DNA from: Phoronis australis
Taxonomy: Eukaryota; Animalia; Phoronida
Length of the DNA stretch: 64,000 nt
NCBI GenBank assembly: GCA_002633005.1
Contig: NMRA01000713.1
Location: 1 to 64,000 of the forward strand
Direction: 5' to 3'
Shown here: positions 57,801-64,000 of the stretch, piece by piece
Position numbering within the stretch: the stretch's first letter is position 1
Layout: every line of letters starts with the position of its first letter
Made by a program: the position numbers and the translations under genes
Notes under the pieces: generated by a model
The model's database searches: none
The model's input: the letters and a program-made list of their open reading frames with translations, nothing else
Told to the model about the DNA's origin: nothing

Positions 57801-60626
57801 AAGAGATTTTTGCTTGTAAATTTATACCCCTTCATTCACATTTTATCTTACTTTCATGACAGAAGTTTTTGCCATTTTTAACCTATCGATGTAATACACA
57901 ATGTAACTAAATTAATTCTTGCTAAACTAGAGATTTGTTTGTGAACTAGCATTTACTAGTAGTCTATTAAACAAAATACTGATTAAACGACAGTGAAAAA
58001 TGACCATGCAGATCCTTTTCACAATTAAAGTACAATATGATTGACCCACTTCATTACTCTTTGAAATAGTTAAAAATAGGTAAAAATTCTTCAATTTGGG
58101 ACAAAAAAAATTGCTACAGTTGCCATATTTCAAATTTTCACAGGCTTATCACATTGAAGCAAATGCTGAAAATTTTACCAAACGTTGTTTCAATAGGTAC
58201 TATCTACGTCATATAAATTGCGATGACACCACAAACACAGAGAATGTTCATGAAAATTTCTTTTTGTTGAGAAATTTGACAAAATGAAATTTCACCTGTC
58301 CACCATAATGTGCCCTAAACTGAAGACTGTTTAACAATACTTACAACATACCTCAGGACTTGCCAACTGACAAAGTATTCCTGAATCTCTGTGTAGTAAC
58401 GTAAAGGCTTGAATGAATGACGGCGCAGAAACACCTGAAGAATAGAGTCAAAATAAAATTTGTACAGCAAAGTAAAGTTTGACACAGGAATCATTTCAAA
58501 ATTCACTACTATGTCTAACAATTACCTTTTATGGCCTATGAATCTACCTTAAATTCAAAACTAGAAATAAACTGAGTACATGTTAGTATTGTAGGATTTC
58601 TTTTAAGCACGGAAAAAATGCAATGGGACTTTTTCTTTTGAAAAATGTTGTCAGGGAGCTCGATTGTAGCTACGTCACAACCTAGTTGCAAATGCTCCAG
58701 GACAATTCCGTGAAAAGGTCAACCTCGAGACAAAAATTGTGGCTACACTAACATTTGTGGTCTCATCAAAAAGCCCATTCTCTATAGTTTCACAACCATA
58801 TTTGATTGTCCTATAACTTTCAATTTTTTGCCTAAATGGATCCATTTTTGAGGGTCACTTCACCCTAAAAATTAGCTCGATTGTCATACGTTTTGCTAAT
58901 TATTGTCATAAAAAGCTAATTATGGGTATTTCAATATACTATCAAATTTGTGCAATCAAATGAGCCCCAAATTTAATTTAAAAAAACATTTCAACTCTGG
59001 CACACCATCCACCACTTGGGGTCAAAGGTCAACTCTTGGATATCATCGTGCCACATGTCCGTCACAAAAAAAAGTGTTAAAAAGTTTCATTACATTAAGT
59101 TTTCAATCAAAATTTAACTTGTTACTCAATATTATTGACCAAAATTTTAGCTCCCAGGGATTATTCGTCAAGTCAGAAATTGCATGACAGACGAACAGCA
59201 AATTTGTATGTCCGTCAAGTACATCAGTCACACCCATGAAATTACAATTTATCAGGAAATAAAAATAACCTTAGGTCATATTTTTACTTTCTAAACTTTC
59301 AGAAAATGAAATATTTCTCGCACCTAAGAACATAGTTGAAATGACAAAATATCACAACGGCAGCTTTAAAATTATGCATTGGATTTTTTCAATTTCAAAA
59401 CTATTTGCAGAAAAATTATAGTTTACAATGTCATCTAGTTATTCATTTTTTTCAAAATGTTCTTTGATTGTGCGTCTGTCACAAATGGAATTGCCCTCCA
59501 ATTTTTGCTATACAACCAATAAACTTTTCAAGCCCATAAGATCAGAACATACATGAACATCTCAAATTTTTTCACCAAATGGTCTGGTGAAAAGCGATAC
59601 TTATTGATGCTACCCTCAGGGGCAGCAGCACAGGTAAAGCACTGTACTGTATCATCAGTGACTTGCGAGTACAATCCGATTAAGCCTATCAAAGATGCTT
59701 GCCCAGTGGCAAATTGCCTCTGATGAACAGCTTGAACAGTAGATTGTCATGCTGGGAACCCCGGTTCAAGTGTTTTCTTATTTTGGACTTGGACTTCCAG
59801 GGTAACTAGTCTGCATATAGTGGATTAGCATTTTGAGGGGGGGTTGTAAATCATCAGTGTCTTCCACATGCAATGGGCTTTTTCAAATTGATATGCAAGG
59901 CTTAAAGCAGTTCTTTGAGAATCCTGCTCTTAGTCGGATAATTGTCCCAGTTGGCCAGTGTAAGTAAACACAGTTTAAGGGTTTATGGTAATGGCTGAGA
60001 AGACAATTATTTTATTACCCGCTACAGATACTGAATAGCTCAGCCCGGAATGAATATTGCTGGTGCCAAATTAACGAAAACCCTGACTAAGATGTATACA
60101 GTTGCTCTAACTGCCAGATGGAGAAGGTGCTAGCCTCATTGTGGTGGATCCAGAATACAAGGAGAGCATCACTGATGCCATCACTGAATGAGAGCAATTA
60201 TTCCAGGACGTCACGGGCCATGGCCAGGTGAGAGCTGCTGAGGGCAAGTCAGGTGAGGACACTGCAAGTCACTAGGCTTGGCCGCCTAGGATAATTCCCT
60301 ATGCAATAGATGGCAAGCAGTGTTGTGTTTTATCACATGACTTCCGTGCATAACGTACAGTCTGCTAAATCCTCTCTAAGTCATTTGCAAAGCGGAAATT
60401 GACACTCGGCAGAAGGCCAAATTTAGACCCTTTTGTTTTGGACGCTCGACTTTCACACCCTGGTTCAACAGTGCACAACAACACAAGTCGCTGTGAAAGA
60501 ATTTTTCCACAGTTCCCGACGTTGCAGTGTCAAATGCACAGCTGATAAATTCACGAATATTTAGAATTTACCTCTGTCAGAGCCGGATAACAAAATTAAA
60601 CAATTCAGTGATTTTGAGGAAGTCAT
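51868..60626 (-). CDS. GATD1: Glutamine amidotransferase-like class 1 domain-containing protein 1 (GATD1/PDDC1; DJ-1/PfpI superfamily), about 229 aa
   Basis: Exons (minus) 60626-60572, 58434-58352, 57234-57129, 55974-55867, 55379-55282, 54884-54791, 53733-53619, probable last exon 51898-51868. All are GT-AG and phase-consistent. Peptides [58 protein letters not shown] follow the GATD1 pattern. Confidence 0.9.
53619..53733 (-). CDS. GATD1: GATD1 exon 7 ([37 protein letters not shown])
   Basis: 115 nt, phase 1-2, donor AG|gtgagt; TGQN motif. Confidence 0.93.
54791..54884 (-). CDS. GATD1: GATD1 exon 6 (TSVFELASVQDFANLAVFPEDYIRDHGGKYT)
   Basis: 94 nt, phase 0-1. Confidence 0.92.
55282..55379 (-). 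CDS. GATD1: GATD1 exon 5 ([33 protein letters not shown])
   Basis: 98 nt, phase 1-0; DJ-1 nucleophile-elbow region. Confidence 0.93.
55867..55974 (-). CDS. GATD1: GATD1 exon 4 ([36 protein letters not shown])
   Basis: 108 nt, phase 1-1, donor A|gtaagt. Confidence 0.92.
56951..57052. repeat. Palindromic minisatellite, 4 x 24 bp (AAGTGGTGACAATATATTGTCGCC)
   Basis: Palindromic core GACAATATATTGTC; the array ends are inverted repeats of each other. Confidence 0.9.
57129..57234 (-). CDS. GATD1: GATD1 exon 3 (GKQPEFVNVSDGDRRWLAETRAKSYSIPISLDTVD)
   Basis: 106 nt, phase 0-1. Confidence 0.9.
58352..58434 (-). CDS. GATD1: GATD1 exon 2 (GVSAPSFIQAFTLLHRDSGILCQLASPE)
   Basis: 83 nt, phase 1-0. Confidence 0.9.
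59020..59444 (+). repeat. Dispersed repeat, copy of 21843-22288
   Basis: Direct alignment as above. Confidence 0.85.
59800..60055 (+). mobile_element. Short interspersed repeat (SINE/MITE-like); related pieces at 52626-52946, 10322-10438 and 9663-9757
   Basis: Shared blocks GGTAACTAGT..TGGCTTAGAATTTTG..GAAATCGACATGCAAGG..AGCAGTTC and AAGCACAGCTTAA..GGCTGAGAA..ATTACCC. Confidence 0.7.
60572..60626 (-). CDS. GATD1: GATD1 exon 1 (MTSSKSLNCLILLSGSDR)
   Basis: ATG at 60626, donor G|gtaaat, 55 nt. Confidence 0.85.
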
Positions 60627-61293
60627 GTTTCAGTATTCATGACTTTCACCAGGTAGCGCTAGTGTATAAGGTCTAATGTTATTGTGAAATTTCAGGGGTA
60701 GAGGTCAATTAAATGTTTTAGGAGAGTTTCATATAAGGGTAAGGTCACGCTAAGGGGTACAATCACAGTGATGTCAAAAACATGATAATTTATGCCCGTT
60801 TCTGTGGTTATTAAGCGCTGAACATAGTTTTATTATAAAGTTAATACGTTGAAGAGATAACAGAGATAGTTTCATGTGGTAATCTTTCAGACTTTTTACA
60901 GAATTCACAGTTTGATCTCAAAATCGAGCAAATTTTCGGACTTGAAAGTGTGACATTCGTAACCGGCCATTTTCGAACGAAGTTAAAATCCTTAAATAAG
61001 GCTGCAATTCTTGTCTGTTTATTTTAAATCTTTAAAGCAGTGAATAAAATAGCTAATATTTATTTCAGATCTTTCCATTACACCGTATAATTAGCCAAAT
61101 TAATTACTTACAAATGCGATAACGGGCGTGACGCATTCCGTCAAACCCAAGGACGAACTTCAGACGGATGTTTTCCCATATTGCAGACGACCGGTGATTT
61201 CAAACTGGTTCTCAAAAGCAAATTTAAGCAAAACCTGAAATGCCAGGACCAGTTTGTTCGAAGCGCGCAATGATTTTGTTTAACAAATGCTTC

Positions 61294-61602
61294 NNNNNNN
61301 NNNNNNNNNNNNNNNNNNNNNNNNNNNNNNNNNNNNNNNNNNNNNNNNNNNNNNNNNNNNNNNNNNNNNNNNNNNNNNNNNNNNNNNNNNNNNNNNNNNN
61401 NNNNNNNNNNNNNNNNNNNNNNNNNNNNNNNNNNNNNNNNNNNNNNNNNNNNNNNNNNNNNNNNNNNNNNNNNNNNNNNNNNNNNNNNNNNNNNNNNNNN
61501 NNNNNNNNNNNNNNNNNNNNNNNNNNNNNNNNNNNNNNNNNNNNNNNNNNNNNNNNNNNNNNNNNNNNNNNNNNNNNNNNNNNNNNNNNNNNNNNNNNNN
61601 NN
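61294..61602. other. Assembly gap (309 N)
   Basis: Run of N. Confidence 1.
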
Positions 61603-62845
61603 TTGACGAATTGAAAGAAAAACCGCAGATCTAGCAATGGGTGGTCCACTGCTAATCAGCACTATGTCTATACCACAAAGAGAGGCTTCCGGACCTGTGT
61701 GAAATCGGGGGGGGGGGGTGACCATGGGGTAGCCCAGTGGTGTCGATTGTTGGAATTAAAAACACCCGGGGGGTGGGGTGATGGGGGTGGACATACTGTG
61801 AGCCATCCAGACCAGGGATCAATGTGGGGGTGGGGGTGGACATACCCATCCAGGGATCAGTGGCGAGGGGGGATGCGGGGAGGGGAAAGTTGGTTGAACT
61901 TGGTGACAAAACAATGAAATAATTTATGCTCAATCACCCTTCTTCAAACAGGCAGACACGGACACCTTTATCAGACAAGTGAGAGCCTTTGATACCTGAT
62001 TTTTTCAAAATTTTCATCCCGCTCAGGTGTTACTGAGTCGTTCTCCATTACTTACGCAGTGGTGATGCCAACACTTCAAAATAACACAATTTTTAATTTG
62101 TTTCTCTGAGTTTTTATTTAACTCACTTTGATGTTGGTTTTTATATTGTAAATGCCTCTTGAAGACCTGATTCGTGAAAAGTGACTATAGTGTTTAAGTA
62201 CACAAACAGAGAAGTTGAATTTTTTTCTTAAAAGTAGCAATAGTTCCCCCATCCCCTTAATATGGTATTGAACAACAGTTAAAACTCGTCAGTGGGCTTT
62301 TTGCTCTGTCAGCAATGAATCGTGACACTACAGTGTTGTGTCAGTATAATTCTCCTCTACTTTTTTATAAAATGAAACTTAAAGCATACAGTGGGGCAAA
62401 TACCAATGAAGGCGAACATTTAAGAGTTGCCTTAAACATGAGAAAGTACCTGAACTTTTAAAGGTGGATAAAGAAAGACATGAAAAAGGATGCATTTTAA
62501 AGCAATTTTGTATTACAAATTATAAAATTTAATCAGTGAGATATGGACTGTGATCTTCAAATAATCACTTTTTGTTTCCCCATGGATACTTGATGGAAGA
62601 ACGAATTTGTTCCTCCGAGCGACATTAGTCTGAAAAAAGAAAAGGACAGTTACAAAGAGCACGGCAGTTAACAAGAATCAGGATAGTTTATACTCTTCAA
62701 TCCAGTTCCATTCAAAAGATGCACCATTGAAGAATTTTGTTTCGATGCATCATATTATTCATCACTGCCGAAAAAAGGATGACATTGAGGAAAGCGATTT
62801 TGCTGCAGTTAAACTTCAAGCAAGGAAGATTAGACTACTATATAC

Positions 62846-64000
62846 ATTTGGAGTGCTCGTCTGCACGTTAGGTACTAACCTCTCGGGAGAAACATGCATG
62901 GAAGAACTGAGACTAAAATTAATGCATTCACCGACTGTTCTTTTGAGACCACTTAAAAACTTGCAGATTTTACTGATGCACTTTTTTGTTTATTTTCAGA
63001 AGATATTTTCGAAATTAAATTGTATTCAGACTGAACAAAAAACAACTCAGGGATTGTTTATGCAATGTATCTATTTGTCCCAGGCACTAACCGACACCTA
63101 TTAGGCCAAAGGAAAAACTCAGCAGACAAAGGCAACACGCTGGGTGTTTAACAGTTTCAGCCCATGCCTTGGCCTCCAAAATGTTGTCCACTTGTTTTTT
63201 GTTGCAAAATGAAGTACTGAGCTCAACATTTATGTTGAAATTTTTGGTTAAAGCATTTTGAATTTATTTGAAGAAAATTAAAATACTTGCATTGATTGAG
63301 AATGGTCGCCATTAAAATAAACCATTGACTTTATTTCACAATATTGCATTGTTACATAAAACACAGCTTGACATAATCAAAAATAAAAGAAGAGACTGAG
63401 CAATAGAATGCAAATACAACTTGGGTATTTATTTTATAATATTTATTTATGACTGCAGAAGCCTGTTAAAGGTGAGAAAAAGTCAAACAATACGATATTG
63501 GGTAATTTATCAGAACAACTGTATCAAGGTTCAATGATCAACTTGCACCGACAAAGTCTCAAGGGTTACAGTTCTGTTTTGGCTGACAAGGTGTTAACAG
63601 AGAATGAAGAAATACTGAAAAGAAAACGAATGACAGCAGTGATAAGTGGTGTTAAGAACAACAAGAGCAAAAAGTCAAATGAAGAAGACACAAATAGAAA
63701 ATAAGTAAGGTCTATCTGGAATAAAACAATTGCGATTTGTTTTCCAGAACTGAAATTCTAAATGAATTTTAATCGATTTAAAAATGGATATAATACTAGT
63801 AAAACAGTTTGTGGTTGAAGTAGAATTGCTGTAAACCTCTTTCAACTATTTTCTTGGCCTTTTTCTGTGTGGTTTTCTGTTCTTTCAAAAGGCGGCAGCA
63901 TATGACGACCATTGGAGTCATTATAAAGTGGTTGCCGAAAAGCAATGCACAGATCAAACAACTCGGCATAAATAAAACTTTTGAATCAACTAATACTGTG
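62846..64000 (+). repeat. Apparently identical copy of 30872-32026 (nucleobindin upstream/intron-1 sequence), running to the window end
   Basis: Same sequence at offset 31974; the ORF track shows identical peptides in both copies. Confidence 0.95.

Noticed and set aside
61141-61933. ORFs across the N gap and G-rich ORFs after it
   Set aside because: Artefacts of Ns and low-complexity G runs.

Overview
Eukaryotic, intron-rich, AT-rich animal genomic DNA, invertebrate-like; the organism cannot be fixed from the sequence. I reconstructed three spliced genes by hand from GT-AG boundaries and reading-phase continuity. (1) The 5' part of a class II PI3-kinase (PIK3C2A-like) on the minus strand: 17 coding exons from ATG 21762 down to 426, about 1156 aa, continuing off the left edge. 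(2) A complete nucleobindin (NUCB1/NUCB2-like) on the plus strand, 32334-48385, head-to-head with the PI3K across a probable bidirectional promoter at about 29200-29500 that carries a ZNF143/Staf-like site. (3) A complete GATD1/PDDC1-like DJ-1/PfpI gene on the minus strand, 60626 to about 51868, convergent with nucleobindin. The most notable signals are a pair of homologous nucleobindin exons separated by only 52 nt (probable mutually exclusive exons), a candidate alternative terminal exon encoding a hydrophobic tail, and a 953-bp foldback element with a perfect 9-bp target-site duplication next to the promoter. Three duplicated blocks are associated with N joins or a gap and may be haplotype or assembly artefacts. 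No prokaryotic features, CRISPR arrays, tRNA or rRNA genes were seen.
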